Source of the DNA: Toensbergia leucococca
Taxonomy: Eukaryota
Assembly: GCA_022813965.1 (NCBI GenBank)
Contig: JALDZS010000128.1
Location: forward strand, 1 to 64,000
DNA length: 64,000 bases
Reading direction: 5' to 3'
Shown: positions 38,460-51,154 of the stretch, piece after piece
How the letters are laid out: every line of letters starts with the position of its first letter
Numbering within the stretch: the stretch's first letter is position 1
Translations under genes and position numbers: made by a program
The notes under the pieces: model-generated
Told to the model about the DNA's origin: nothing
What the model saw: the letters and a program-made list of their open reading frames with translations, nothing else
Databases searched by the model: none

Positions 38460-39321
38460 CGTCAATCTCCGGATCAGTCCGAATTGATTGCCATTCTTTG
38501 ATCAAGGAACAGAAGAATTTAGGCACGCGGAAGAAGAAAGCCCATCGTGGACGAGTCAATCATAGGGAACTAGTAACAGATATTCTAGAGCGCGTATGTA
38601 TGTAGGTGATTGCAAGTTTTAGAATAATGGCCTGGGACGCAATACTCTAGGTGAAAGAGGGAAACGTTCAACCACGGTCGAAAGCCAGAGAACACAAAAC
38701 CCACTACACCATCGTACCAGGGCCATTTGGAATCGAATCTAATATGAAATTACAATTCCAGCACGGTGCCGTCGATAGGTAATCAGATGATCTTCAACCG
38801 TCCAAGCCCAATCCTAGTTGCAGCACAGATACCTAAACGGTATTCGGTAAGAGAAGAGCAAGCAACCAACGTACCGACGAAGCCTAGAAACGAGTGACGC
38901 CCATGAGAAACGAAGGCCAGCTAGAATCGAAGCGAACCGGGGAGGATCAGCCCGGATGTTAATGTCCAATCATGCCACGCTCCAACTCAATCAGAACTAG
39001 CCCCGAGCCCTGCATCCATTGAGTCGTTCCGTGGTGAGAGAAAACGGGAGAACGAGGGTGAAAGCATCACCTGAAGCTAAATCCTCCAATTTCACCTTCA
39101 TCTCACCTCCTTTGGCGAGGCATATTTCTCCACTGCATGCATACCCAAAGGGCCACGAGTACTCCTCAAGGCTCATTCTTGTTGTTCGTCGCCATGTTGC
39201 CGTCGTTCGTGATGACCGCTGGCCTCGAATGCCATAGTACTATAATCCGTGCAAAATTTCCACTTCGACTTGACCAGCTCTTTCCAAACCCTCGCAAGCA
39301 ATCCATGTCTCTCCGGTCAGA

Positions 39322-39909
39322 ATGCCTTCGACATGGTCCTTAAGTCGACCAAACACTTTGTCCAACCGTCACCATGAAGGACATAGCTCTGCGCCTAGTC
39401 CCCACCGCAACCGCCCCCTCTCTGCTTCTGCCACCACCGAAAACAGCATCCGGATCCGTCCTTTGCCACCTTCGCTCTCGGACATCAGCCAACCTCATCA
39501 TAACCGAGTAAACCACTGTGACAACTCCATAACTTCAACGCCTTCCTCCGCGCGACGGACCGAAACCGTCGTCCCAGCACCTCTCAGCATCCAGCTACGT
39601 GATCCTCGGCAGCACACTAATGAATCCAACGAGTCACCGATCCTGATCGTTCATGGTGAATCCCGTCTCAACGTCGAGGCTATTCCCACCCACCCGGGCT
39701 ACTCGATGGAGCGATTCCTCTCGGAAATTCCCTCTGAAACGACACAAGCTGCGTTGCAAAGAGCGATTGACGCTCTTGGTGCAGAAGCCATGGAGGTAGC
39801 GACTGGTGACGTGGGCTGTGCTTGCGCTATGGAAAGAACTTCATTTTGGTGGGGCATGGATGCTGATCTGACTTGCGTCGGAACTTTCATTGGTGATGCG
39901 GAGCTGTAA
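39322..39909 (+). CDS. Hypothetical low-complexity protein
   Basis: 195-codon ORF in an otherwise empty interval, Ser/Pro/His-rich, no recognised domain. 3' exon structure uncertain. Confidence 0.3.
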   Translation: MPSTWSLSRPNTLSNRHHEGHSSAPSPHRNRPLSASATTENSIRIRPLPPSLSDISQPHHNRVNHCDNSITSTPSSARRTETVVPAPLSIQLRDPRQHTNESNESPILIVHGESRLNVEAIPTHPGYSMERFLSEIPSETTQAALQRAIDALGAEAMEVATGDVGCACAMERTSFWWGMDADLTCVGTFIGDAEL

Positions 39910-40968
39910 TACTACCCATGGACTCCTTCAATATACGCTACCCCACTGTGACTAATCACCATTGTGTCTTCAGGGCAGATATCTTGTCATCTGCGAAGAC
40001 GGGGATTTCCAGAAAGTCCCCACGTCCCCTTCATTTCCGACGAGCAGCAACTTGCTCCGAAGAGGGACAACGTTACCATGTCCCGAGACTCGCACGCACT
40101 GTCTGAAACAAAGGGAGGTGGTGGATGCATAGGGTAAGATTTGTTGGGTAAAGGGGGGTTGATTTGGTTCATTCATACACTCTGATCATTTTGCTCATCT
40201 CGATTATATGGATTTTTTTCTTCCCTTTGCTGGCCCTTGATTTGTGTCCCCTCTCTCCCCTTCCCTCTCGGAAATGCGAATACCCTTTTTAGGCGGGCGT
40301 CGTGTTGCTACATTATTCTAACCGCATCTTCGTTTTGGGGACGGCTTTTCAATGTTTTTTTTTTTTCACTCGCACTATCAAAGCTCTCTTGGCACGCGCC
40401 TCACCATATTGTATTTTGCAGGATAATTCTTTTTCCTCCATGTCTATGAAACACATGATGCCTTTTAGCTGTTAGGACAATAATAATAGGTACCCCGCCC
40501 AAGCTGCCGTCTTTGGCTTTTTGCGTTTTCTGTTGTATGGAGGTAGGGAGGAGGGGAGTCGTTACGGAGAGGAGAAAGTCGATTGAGTTATCAGTTCCTC
40601 TGCACGAATTCATGAGTTGCCTACCTATTTACCTTAAACGGCTAAAGCTCCTCCTCTGCTATGATCTAGCGACTATTCCGAGATCCCAAATCTTCAACAG
40701 CACCCGTACCTACCTACCCTATCCAGCTTTGGATTTTTATTTTACTTTTCGTGGAGAAAAAGAAAACGGGGTTCAAGGGTAAATAATACAAAAAAATCCA
40801 TTCGTCATATAATGGGGAGAGGGGGAAACAAAAGGGCACAAGAGTTCCTTACGAACAAGTTATTTTTTGCATTTCTTTTTCCCCATGGCGTCTATAGAGG
40901 ATTCCACACACTGACAGCGACACGCTCCAACAAAGCCCCTCACGCCCCGGGGAAAAAAAAGGAAACAT

Positions 40969-43900
40969 CTACAATTCATCCCGCGCCTCACTCTCCTTCT
41001 CCTTCCCCTTGCCCTTCTTCCCCTTTTCCTTCCCCTTCCCCTTCCCCAACTTCCCCTTCTCCCTCTCCACCAACCTCTCAATCTCCTCCTGCGTAACCCC
41101 CTCCCCAAAAACATCCTCCACCGACCCTCCTCCCGCAGCACCATCCTTCCCCTTCTTCCCCTTCTTACCCGCACCGCTCTTACTCTTGGCACTACTACTA
41201 ACCTTCGGCTTCATCGGAGGAGTTTTGACTTTTTTCTGCAAGAGTTTGGAGATGACGGTTTGGAGTTCCTGGGCTTTGGCGGCGAGGTCGGAGGTCAGGA
41301 GAATGGGGTCATCGGTTGGGCCGAGGAGGTTTTGGGAGGCGGTTTGGGTGCTTAGCCAGGTGGAGATGGAGTCGTAGGTTGAGGTTATGGAGGCGAGATC
41401 TTCGGGGGTGTAGGTTGGGAATTGGGGGGTTGGGATGGGAGTGGAAGTCGTGGTTGATGAGGAGGTGATTGGATCATCGTCTAGGTCTGCAAAGGCGTCG
41501 TCGGTGGAGGAGGAAGGAGGTTCAGTGGTTTGGGAGTCGGAAGCGGAGGCAGACGAAGCGGCTTCGGCGGAGGAGGAGAGTGCTGCTACCGAAGACGCCT
41601 TTTCAGTCTGCTCTTTGATGACGCTAACGAGGGTTCGTGTCTGATCGAGGGCATCCTGAAGCATTTTGACTTCCTGCGGCCGCTTGGCTGTTTCATCTTT
41701 CCGTTTCTGAATCGGATCGACCAGATAACGAAGGTCCTTCAGACGAGCCTTGAGCGTATCACGGCTTGCTTCTGCGCCGTCGCCGTAGAGCCATTCGCTG
41801 GCAATTTTGAACTGGGTTTCGATTTCGCTGCGCTGAGATTCGGTAGAGGCGGCAATGAAGGCGTCGTCCGAGAGGAGGTCGCGGGCTTTATAGGTGAAGC
41901 CTTCGAGGGTATTGAGGGTTTCTTCACGCAGGGCACGCGATCGGTCTGAGGCGTCAAAGGCAGCGAGTCGATCTTTCATGCGAGTAATCTCGGAGGGGTC
42001 GACTTGGTGTATTCCAATCAGTTCGACAGAGAAGTTTAAATCTATGGTTTCCATCTTCTTCTGAACGTCTTTGGTCTTTGCTTCCGCCTTCTTCGTAGGC
42101 GAAGTGGAGGAGGTGCTTTCCTCAGTTGTCGAAGTAATCGATGGTTCAGCTTCGGAAGAGGATGGTACAGGCTCACTATCTCTGTCTTCTTTCAGAGGCT
42201 CTTGATCGCTCTTTTTTGAACCGAATCCGAAGAAGTCTTTCATATCCTTCACCACACTCCCCTTTTTCTCCGTACCCTCACAACTAACAGAGCCTTGAAT
42301 CACTTCGGGGAGGCCATCTCTAGGACTTAGTCTAATTGAAAATACAGTGCTGATATCTGATAAAGTACAACCAACTTTTTCTATTAAGCGCTCAACCGAG
42401 GCGGTGAGATTTTGTGTTTGTACTTTCATGCCAGGCTTACTTATCGAGCTCGATGAGTCGCTCGATACTTGCTGAGACAAGACAAAGGAAAAATCCTCGC
42501 TGGCCTTAAACGGCACCTGTTTTTCCAAGCCAACTTGGGAACTGGGAACAAATATCTTTTGCTCCCTCTCCTTACCATCTAAGGACCAGGTAGCAGTAAC
42601 AGCATATCCTGCCGCTTCTCCGGCTCTAATGTCTTTCACCCGGAAGTTGGGGCTGATCCCAGCTGCCTTGAAAGCCGCACCAAATACAGCAGCTTCATCG
42701 GAGTTCACGTTTGTCCTGATCTTCTCGGCATTTGCAACGACTGCTTCAAGCTGTTTCTGAACGAACGGAGTCCTGACAGCTCCCCCATGAAGTATCACGG
42801 ATTCGAGGTCGTCCAAACTAAGCTTCGCCAATTCGAGGGCCTGGGTGATAGGGTCCTGGACTCGGTGTGCATATGATTGGGCAAGTCTTTCGAACTCATC
42901 TCTAGTCAGCTTGTATTTGAAATTGACATCCTCGTAATATAAACCCTCGAAGCTTGATGAAGTCTCTGTGTTGGCACTGAGGACTTGTCTTATTTTTTCT
43001 GCTTCCTTCCATAGCTTCGCCATAGTTCTGCCTTGCTCTCGTATGTGCCTCACCTGAACACCCAACGTCTTCATGCGATTTATGTTCGCAAACTTTTGGA
43101 CCATATCCGTTAGGATGACGGCATTAAGTGCATCTCCGCCTAAAGTTCGATCCCAGCTTGTTCCCAACACCTGAACTTCCTGTATGGTTTTATTGAACCT
43201 TCCAACGTCTTTGATAGTCCTTCCCTGAAATCGGAGTATCGTAGCTGTTGTAGAGCCCGCGCCCATATCGTAGACAAGATGAATTTCAGGCTTCCCCCCC
43301 TCGTTGATACTCGGGAATGTTCGTGAAACAGCATAATTTACTCCAACCGAAAGGCCATCACTAATGAGAGCTAGAACCCGTAAACCTGCAAGATCCGCTG
43401 CCAATTCCACAGCCATCTTTTCCTCGATTGTGTAAAACGCAGGTATTGTAACGACAACATCACGTATGCTGGAGCCTTTACCGGCTAACGCTTCGGCGTT
43501 GCTCCTGATATTTTGTAATTCCATTGCCAAGAGTTCCTCCACCAAGAATGGTTCTTTTCCACTACCGAAGCTCTCACTGCTGAACCCCAAACCCCCTGAT
43601 CCCTTGCCCTCCACTATCCTTAAGCCTGGATATTTTGATTGATATTGGTTCACGACTTCATTCTGCGTAAGAGTCATGCCTAGGAGGGGCTTCAGATTCG
43701 GGTAAACATCGGCGGGGAACCTTGCGGACAATGCCAAGGCATCGCCCCCGTAGATTCTCTCGGGGAATACATCGGGATCGGATGTCGAGATTTGAGATTT
43801 AAGGGGCTTGAAGGCTACAGCTGCAGTCTCTTTCCGCTTGGAGTCTTTGGTCAGAACGATTTCTAGTGGTATACCGGGCTTGACAAGAGCTGCCTTGATG

Positions 43901-44022
43901 TATTCGGTCCCAAGATCTATTCCCAGAACAGCGGAAGCAGCCGAGGCTATAGAAGTGAAAAGGAGGAGCGAAGAAATAACAATGATCAAAAGGGAAGTAC
44001 GCCGTCGGCCGTAAGGTGGCAT
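40969..44022 (-). CDS. LHS1: ER lumenal Hsp70-family nucleotide exchange factor Lhs1/Grp170
   Basis: Signal peptide, VLGIDLGTEYIK, YDMGAGST, ILHGGAVRTPFVQ, NSDEAAVFGA, and C-terminal ER-retention RDEL. Intronless. Confidence 0.95.
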   Translation of the reverse strand: MPPYGRRRTSLLIIVISSLLLFTSIASAASAVLGIDLGTEYIKAALVKPGIPLEIVLTKDSKRKETAAVAFKPLKSQISTSDPDVFPERIYGGDALALSARFPADVYPNLKPLLGMTLTQNEVVNQYQSKYPGLRIVEGKGSGGLGFSSESFGSGKEPFLVEELLAMELQNIRSNAEALAGKGSSIRDVVVTIPAFYTIEEKMAVELAADLAGLRVLALISDGLSVGVNYAVSRTFPSINEGGKPEIHLVYDMGAGSTTATILRFQGRTIKDVGRFNKTIQEVQVLGTSWDRTLGGDALNAVILTDMVQKFANINRMKTLGVQVRHIREQGRTMAKLWKEAEKIRQVLSANTETSSSFEGLYYEDVNFKYKLTRDEFERLAQSYAHRVQDPITQALELAKLSLDDLESVILHGGAVRTPFVQKQLEAVVANAEKIRTNVNSDEAAVFGAAFKAAGISPNFRVKDIRAGEAAGYAVTATWSLDGKEREQKIFVPSSQVGLEKQVPFKASEDFSFVLSQQVSSDSSSSISKPGMKVQTQNLTASVERLIEKVGCTLSDISTVFSIRLSPRDGLPEVIQGSVSCEGTEKKGSVVKDMKDFFGFGSKKSDQEPLKEDRDSEPVPSSSEAEPSITSTTEESTSSTSPTKKAEAKTKDVQKKMETIDLNFSVELIGIHQVDPSEITRMKDRLAAFDASDRSRALREETLNTLEGFTYKARDLLSDDAFIAASTESQRSEIETQFKIASEWLYGDGAEASRDTLKARLKDLRYLVDPIQKRKDETAKRPQEVKMLQDALDQTRTLVSVIKEQTEKASSVAALSSSAEAASSASASDSQTTEPPSSSTDDAFADLDDDPITSSSTTTSTPIPTPQFPTYTPEDLASITSTYDSISTWLSTQTASQNLLGPTDDPILLTSDLAAKAQELQTVISKLLQKKVKTPPMKPKVSSSAKSKSGAGKKGKKGKDGAAGGGSVEDVFGEGVTQEEIERLVEREKGKLGKGKGKEKGKKGKGKEKESEARDEL

Positions 44023-44721
44023 GCTGTGGAAAGGGTCAATTCTAAGTGTGAGATGAGGGAAAGGAAATTGAGACCACGCCGGGGAAAGATGATAGTGGAA
44101 AGGACAGATTGCGCTCTCACGCGCTGTCTTGAAGCTGTGCCATCTGCAGATTATATGGCGAATGATTGAATGTAAAAGTTCTGGGAAATCTGGCATCAAT
44201 TGGTAGGGCTGATCTAGTCCCGACGTGGCTTAGGGCTAGTTTCCGCGTCAATCTCCCCCCTGCCCTAGTCGGTACTGTCCTTGGCCTTCACACGCTTCGT
44301 ATGGGGGCCAGCATTCATTAATGTGTGTTCTCAGACAGCTCAACAGCCTTGTAGCATATCAGGATATCCATTGCTGGCCGGGTATCAGATAGCGTTGAAT
44401 TCAGGCTACTATGAAATCTCGTCAAGCCCCTATCTACCGATGCCTAGTAATCTCACTACCTGCACATTTCTTTGTTTTGAAATCTTATGCTGATCAAGCC
44501 ACAGCGAAACAGAGTATCCATCCGTTGCTCCATGTTTGAACTTCCTAATCTCTTGACAAAAAAACGTCCGTTGGCAAAAGATCCCATCATCGGAAGACTA
44601 TCATATGTAGGAAACGTTCCAAAAGTTCGTGGCCTTATCGAATTGCTAGCTTCGTGGATGTGTGAGAATGTGAAGAGCGACGTCTTCCTATAGATGCTCT
44701 ATATATCTTGTGATTATCATC

Positions 44722-47697
44722 TCATATTCCCATCAAGCTCTTGTTGAGAGAAAAATCCGTCACATCATGCTGCGTAGCCTGGTATCTCAAGAGATCCGGC
44801 TCCAAATCCGTCTGCCCAGAGAATAAAGTTCGATTATTAGCATACACACTTGTGGCTGAGTTCAAAAATGTACTGACCGTATTTAGGCACGCTCCATGCG
44901 TGTACTTCCCTCCAAAGTATCTCGCTTTTTGGCCACTAGCTCCAATTTCCAATCTCACCCCCTGAGCAGACTCACGGCTCGGATCACGGTCATGGAAATT
45001 GTGTGGCGTGAACATAATTGAAGAGGCAGATGTATGCATTAACGTATTCGGGATATCGCCTGAGTGCGAGATATGGTGAGAGCCGAGATTGAAGTATACA
45101 ACTCTGGGGTAGATCGGGTTAGCTTCTTGTTCTCACGCAGCTTTTCTTAGAAGGACTAGTCATAAGAAGGACAGCACCATTAAGAGAGCAATCATGTCAA
45201 AACTTACAAATCCTCCTGCACAATCGCTTCCCCATCAACGAATTTTCCAAAATCTACCAATGGATCCTCGGGGTCTGCGAAATTCAAAAAGTTCGCACTC
45301 TTAGGCTCCAAGTCATTCTGCTTCACGACCCACAAATCTCTGCTTGCCCACTCTGCTGATTTCAACAAACACGTTGAGTTCAAGATCGTCAAGTGTGGCG
45401 GAGTGCCTATCCCTGTGCCAGGCATAATACGATATCCTCTTTTCTCGCCCCACGCATTTATCGAGTCGTTGTTGAGAACAACGTACATTTCGCCGGCATT
45501 GCGGGGCCAGTCTAGCCCAGTCTCATCGCGTGTTGGAGTGTTTGTAAGGTGCATCGTATTCCGAGAAGTGGTCTTCGTTTCATCCCAGGGATAGGATACA
45601 CTGACGGGTTCAATCCCGACGCGTACGAGCGTGTTGGCCGTTCCAGCAATGTCTAGGTCGGCTTTGAAGTTTATTACGTGGTCATGCATACTAGTTGCGA
45701 CTGCATCGTGAACCCTATACCCATACTCGGTGATCTCGGCCCTGTTGGTATTATTGCTCGCTGGAGAGCCATAGAAAGCGCCGAAAATGAAGCCGCTGGC
45801 TCGCACTTTGACCTCAATGCTACCGTCGAGATAGAATAGGTAATCAATTGTATAGTCATAATTTCCAACTGTGGAGACAGAGCGTAGGACTAGATATTGA
45901 TTTCTTGATATCGTGATCCAGGAGTCGGTGGTATGGCGTTGGAGCGCGTGGTCAGCTGTGTACTCGAAGAGACAAATGTTGTTTTCATTTGTGAGGGTCG
46001 ATTCGCTGACATGGTAGGATGTTGAAAGATATGTGGCATAGGCAGGACAGTCGTAGCCTATCGTTGTATGAATACATAGCATATGAAGTAAGGATGAGGC
46101 TCGAAGGGTTGAGTAATACCGGGGACAAGTTCAAACATATCTGCACCCATTCTCATAAAGGTATCCAGGAAACATTGACCGCCTTGCAAGGGATCGTCTC
46201 CTGCATACTGGACGAGAGCTTCTTGCATGCCCAGCTATACACATTTCATATCAGCGGTGAAATGTCAAAAGAACGATAGGGTAATGACCTCATAAATGAT
46301 CCGTTCTCCTTTGAACCTGATATCCAACAGGCTGATACCAGTAACCTGCGAGAAGGCAATATAGAATTCAAAACCCACTGGACGGATTCTATCAGCGGTT
46401 TAATGACAAGAGAAGCAAGACAAGCTTCAATCGTCATACTCCACGAGACGAAGTTTTCCTTCTGGTCGATATTGAATCTCGGACCTAAGGGTTGGATCAT
46501 TACTGGCGGCGGCTTCTCTCTGCCCAATAGCCCATAGCCATAGTCTTCTATGTCAGTCCAATTTCCATCAAGATTTGGACTGACCTTCTCAAAGCTAGGA
46601 CTCTGCCAAGCAGCTCGGAAGTTTGCAGTCGAATTGTATATAATTCCATTATAGTACCAATGCGTGAGCTTCCAATTGCTAGGATCTCTAGTCGGTATAT
46701 CTATGCACGAAGGACTATCAGAGACTTTGAGACTCAGCAACTAAAACGTGATACCGACCAAACTTGGCATACAAGCCTTGTGGCAGTATTGATTTTGCAC
46801 CTGACTTCCGCCCTGGCTTGTAGAATTGTATCCAATATATGGACCTTCCTGGTTCAGTTTGAGCTACTCTGGCGAGTGCATCTAAACCGTCGGGATCAGA
46901 TCTGTCAAGGTGATTGAGGGCCTATAATCAGGATTCAGCGTTAAGAATTTCCCATAGTCTCGATAGCGTACGCTTCCGAGAAGATCAAGAATGATATCCG
47001 GCACTTCCTCCAGCTTCTCATTAAGCCATTTTATCAAAGCTTGGTTATCGCCATATGGGTTATGACCATAATTCCTTCCAGAATTGTAGCAGAAATCCAA
47101 CGGAAGGATTCGGGAAATATCACTGATGGGCAATGGACCAACCTGAACAGATAACGTGAGTGACGTTGAATCAGGGGCAGAAGCAAACTTGTCTAACCAT
47201 GTAATCGTACAGAGCAGCGACCTCAGCAGCGCCTTGGCTGACAAGAACACGTGCCCATCGAGGCGGAGGAGCCGAATTACCGTCCAAATAAGTCACTGCA
47301 TTTGTTTTGTTCGGCAGCAAGGCCTCAGCCAGTAGGCTAATCCCATTTAGAGAGCGAATCAATAACTTAAGATTTTAGATCTCTCACATCTGGTTGTCCC
47401 ATCTAGGCACTGTCAGATGTGAAAGCGCGAGACAAGCAGCTCTGCTCACGTGGTAGCTTGTGGGCCTTTGGTCAGATTCAGACTATTGGGCTTAGCATGC
47501 AGAAATTTGAGCACTTCCTCAAACTCAGCGCTATCAAGATCTGCCCAAATGTTCGTTTTTGGAGCACGGAATTCATGACTCTCAAACAGCGGGGGTGCAT
47601 GGGTTGGAGGACGTAGAGAAAGAAAAACAATGAAAACGAAAGCTGCGAAAGCGAATATAGACGAGAAAGCTGCAGAATATATACTCGAAAGTGGCAT
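44722..47697 (-). CDS. Copper amine oxidase with N-terminal signal/anchor
   Basis: TPQ consensus STVGNYDY, Cu ligands MHDH and HHISH. About 9 exons, including a 15-nt micro-exon (~47388-47402). Confidence 0.92.
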
Positions 47698-48515
47698 GTT
47701 AATAGAGCGTCTCTGTATGCTTGAACATGAAACGGCAATTGAAAATAAGCGCGAGAGTGCTTTAGTCCTCGTCGTTGATGGATTGATTTCGTCATATTCT
47801 GACCCTGCAGGAAGATAGCTGCCTGCCGATTATCGTTATGGCCGTTGTCACTCTCACTATCCATATAGTGGCTCGTTGGTCGACCGAGCTAGGATCTAAA
47901 TGTTGATTGGACACTTCAATTGGGTGATGATAAGACGTTGGATTTCACCTTCCATTCTTAGACCAGTACGAGGACGAGTACTCGTAAGCCAACTTTATGA
48001 TCCCGAGTCACCTGACGCGCAACTCAACGCTATCTGAATCAGAGCACATGATGAACATATAAGAAGCATTCTCCATTGACAGAAAGATAGATTGAAGGAT
48101 AGAGATGATTCCAAACTTTACCTCTAGATCTCAAGATCTCAAGATACTTCGCTCGGGAAATCTACCATAAGAGCCATCTGTTGTGTCCGGAAATGAGCAA
48201 CGTGCGGGGTAAGGGTGTAACACCTGCTGCAGAATGCAGTTTCATGATCTTTGAAGATAGAGAAGGCTCTATTATCCACTCAAATGTGGATCCTATGATT
48301 TAGCTAGGAGGAGGGAGGGTAGGAGGTACCTAGGTAGGGAGGAGGGAGGTGATGCACTATTCTAAATTGAATTAATGCACTCCGGAAGCTAGCGGGAGCA
48401 ACCGTGTGCCTCTTCCGTCAAGCTTTTCACTTTCTCATTTTCTCATTTTCTCAACTTCTCAACTTCTCATCTTCTCGTCCTTTCATCGATTTCATTTTCA
48501 CCTCACTTGCCCATT

Positions 48516-50392
48516 ATGAATGGATCTAATGGGAAAGTTTACAGCCAGCCGACTAATGTGGTCGAGCTCGAGGGCATGGGGGCAAGGCAAAATGACGACA
48601 ACGACTTGGTCCGCTTGGGCAAAAAACCTGTCCTAAAGGTCTTCGCTCTTCTGCTGTACCGTCTCGCTAGAAACACGTTTTTTAATTTTGCTGGCAGCGT
48701 AACTTTGGTTTCATGTCCATGTTGGGCTTCAGCTGTACAGTCGTCATCACCTGGGAAGCTTTTTTGATGTACGCTTTGAGACGCACTACCTCGTCTTACT
48801 CCATTACTAAGCTAATCCGGCCAAGAGTCTTTGCCCAAGGTTTTGCAAAGTAGTTATCGCAACTTCCCCGGCCTTCTACTCTGCTAAGAGGATTTGCAGT
48901 GGTGGTCCTGCTGGCGTCGTATATGGTTACATATTTGTCTGGCTGGGAAACCTCTGCGTTTTCGCCACTCTTGCCGAGGCCGCCTCCATGTGAGTGTTGG
49001 TAGAGACCTAAGACAGCATTCTGAATTGACTGAAACCAAAGGGCTCCAACCTCTGGAGGGCAGTACCACTGGGTTTCAATGCTTTCGCCTCCCAAATTCC
49101 AAAAGTTCTTGAGCTACATCACAGGTAATCTCATTCTTTGGGCACCAACCCTGAGGCTGTGTCCCTAATTCTGAATTGCAGGCTGGTTTACAGTTCTTGG
49201 ATGGCAGGCCTTCGTTGCTTCCGTTGGCTACCTTAATGGGACCATGATCCAAGGATTGATTATTCTCACAGACTCCACATATCAGCCTCAGGCCTGGCAC
49301 AACCTGATGCTCTACTGGGCAGTAATATTCTTTGGTGTTACAATCAATACTGTTGTCAGCAGCTGGCTTCCCAAATTCGAAAGCGTAGTCCTTGTCCTAC
49401 ATATTCTCGGATTTTTCGCCATTTTACTCCCGCTAGTCATCCTCGGCCCCCACGGAGAACCTTCCGATGTGTTTGGGACGTTCATTAACAGCGGAAATTG
49501 GCCCACTAATGGACTCTCGTTCTTTGTCGGGCTCCTTGGCAACGTCTTCGCTTTCTTTGGGGCCGATGGCGCATTTCACCTGGCTGAAGAGATAAAAAAT
49601 GCAGCCGTGGTAGTCCCGAAGGCGATTGTGTTCAGTATAATCTTGAATGGCGCAATGGGATTTGGCATTGCCCTCGGGCTACTTTTTTGTATTGGAGACA
49701 TCGACGCAGCCCTCCATACAAAGACCGGGTTCCCCTTTATCGAGATCTTTCAGCAGGCAGTTCATTCCACCACTGGCGCTGCACTCATGACTGCCATCAT
49801 CATCACATTGTCACTGTGCGCGACAGTCGCCGTGATAGCCAGTGGCTCCCGGCAACTTTGGGCTTTCTCTCGCGACAGGGCTGTGCCTGGCTGGCAATAT
49901 CTGCAGCGCGTTAACTCCAGGTCCGCAGTACCTACAACCGCCGTCTTGGTTACCACTGTTATATCTTGCCTCCTGGCTCTAATAGTTCTCGGCTCTTCTA
50001 CCGCTTTCAATGACATAGTCTCCCTTTCGGTCGTTGGCCTGTTCGGCTCCTACCTTCTCACTGCTGCACTGCTCCTAGGGCGCCGTCTAAGGGGCGATAT
50101 CAAGCCTTACGCAGACTCCGAGAAGACACTCACCAATGTCTCCGGCGCGCAACTCACATGGGGCCCATGGCGTATGCCTAGTCTCCTTGGCATTATCGCG
50201 AATATCTTTGCCATTTTTTATCTTGTCATCGTTTTTTTCTTCAGCCTATGGCCACCCACTAACCCGCCAACGGCTGCAACAATGAATTATAGTAGCCTCA
50301 TGCTCGGCGCAACGATGCTATTCAGCTTGCTATACTATGTATTTCACGCGAGGAAGGTCTATGATGGGCCTGTTATCGAGCTTAATATTTGA
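48516..50392 (+). CDS. APC-family amino acid/polyamine/choline-GABA permease
   Basis: LKRNFGFMSMLGF, GGPAG, SMAPTSGGQYHWV, HLAEE, AFSRD, multiple TM helices. Includes a 24-nt micro-exon. Confidence 0.93.
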
Positions 50393-50776
50393 TTAGAATG
50401 TTAATAGAGAAAGAATCATAGAGCAAGGAAAGCTGCAACTTCATCACATCTACCTGGGTAACAATCGGAGTCTGAGGAATCGGATGCGCAAATTAACCAT
50501 ACCGGCACATGAGTTTACCTAGCTGAGATGCAGGGAAGTTATATTCAGCCTGAGCTTCAGTGGGCGAGGTTTTTCTCACATTCTCGTACATGTCTTTCTT
50601 GGATTAAAAATTTTGGCGAAATGATTGCTACCTACCTAATACTGCGGGCGACTAAAACTCTCTTTTGACTCCTCGATTTGGCATCCCATCAGAAAATGTG
50701 AGATTCTGAACACGCAGAACAAGGTACGACAAGAAGTTCTCGTTGACCACATCCAGCTTCCTCCTGCAGTGCCTGT

Positions 50777-51154
50777 TCAGCGCGGGGGAGTGTGAGGTTG
50801 ACAGTTGCTAAATACTGTCAACTTGAGATACTTCGAGATGGTACCACCCTTGGTTGAGCCATGGATGTTGGGGATAACGTACCCTATACACTCTGGGACA
50901 GGGGCTTCGGCAACTGCATCTCGCTTCCAATACTCGGAATCTTCTTTCGCATGAGGGCCTCGGGCATCAATTATCGCAGCTTTAGGGGCGCGGGCTTCAA
51001 CTAATTGCAAGTGAGCGTTCAGAAGGTATCACAGTTAGGATGGCAGTATACCGCGAGGTGCATAAACAGTGCGCTCTTGAACACTAAACGGGGCGGCTAA
51101 GACGGCCGTCGATAGTAAGAGCTGGCCTCCTAGAACCACGCCTATGAATTTCAT
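50777..51154 (-). CDS. Small secreted peptide precursor (83 aa), Kex2-processed-like
   Basis: Exons 51052-51154, 50883-51000 and 50777-50807 join in frame (252 nt) through GT-AG introns to give MKFIGVVLGGQLLLSTAVLA-APFSVQERTVYAPRVEARAPKAAIIDARGPHAKEDSEYWKRDAVAEAPVPECIGNCQPHTPPR. Confidence 0.7.

Noticed and set aside
40860..41949. Overlapping and antisense ORFs over LHS1, and similar ones over other genes
   Set aside because: Shadow ORFs caused by skewed composition and codon bias of the real gene.
48425..48475. TTCTCA(T/A)-type 7-mer tandem repeats; also CCTAC repeats at ~55176-55210
   Set aside because: Ordinary pyrimidine-rich microsatellites with no spacers, so not CRISPR-like.
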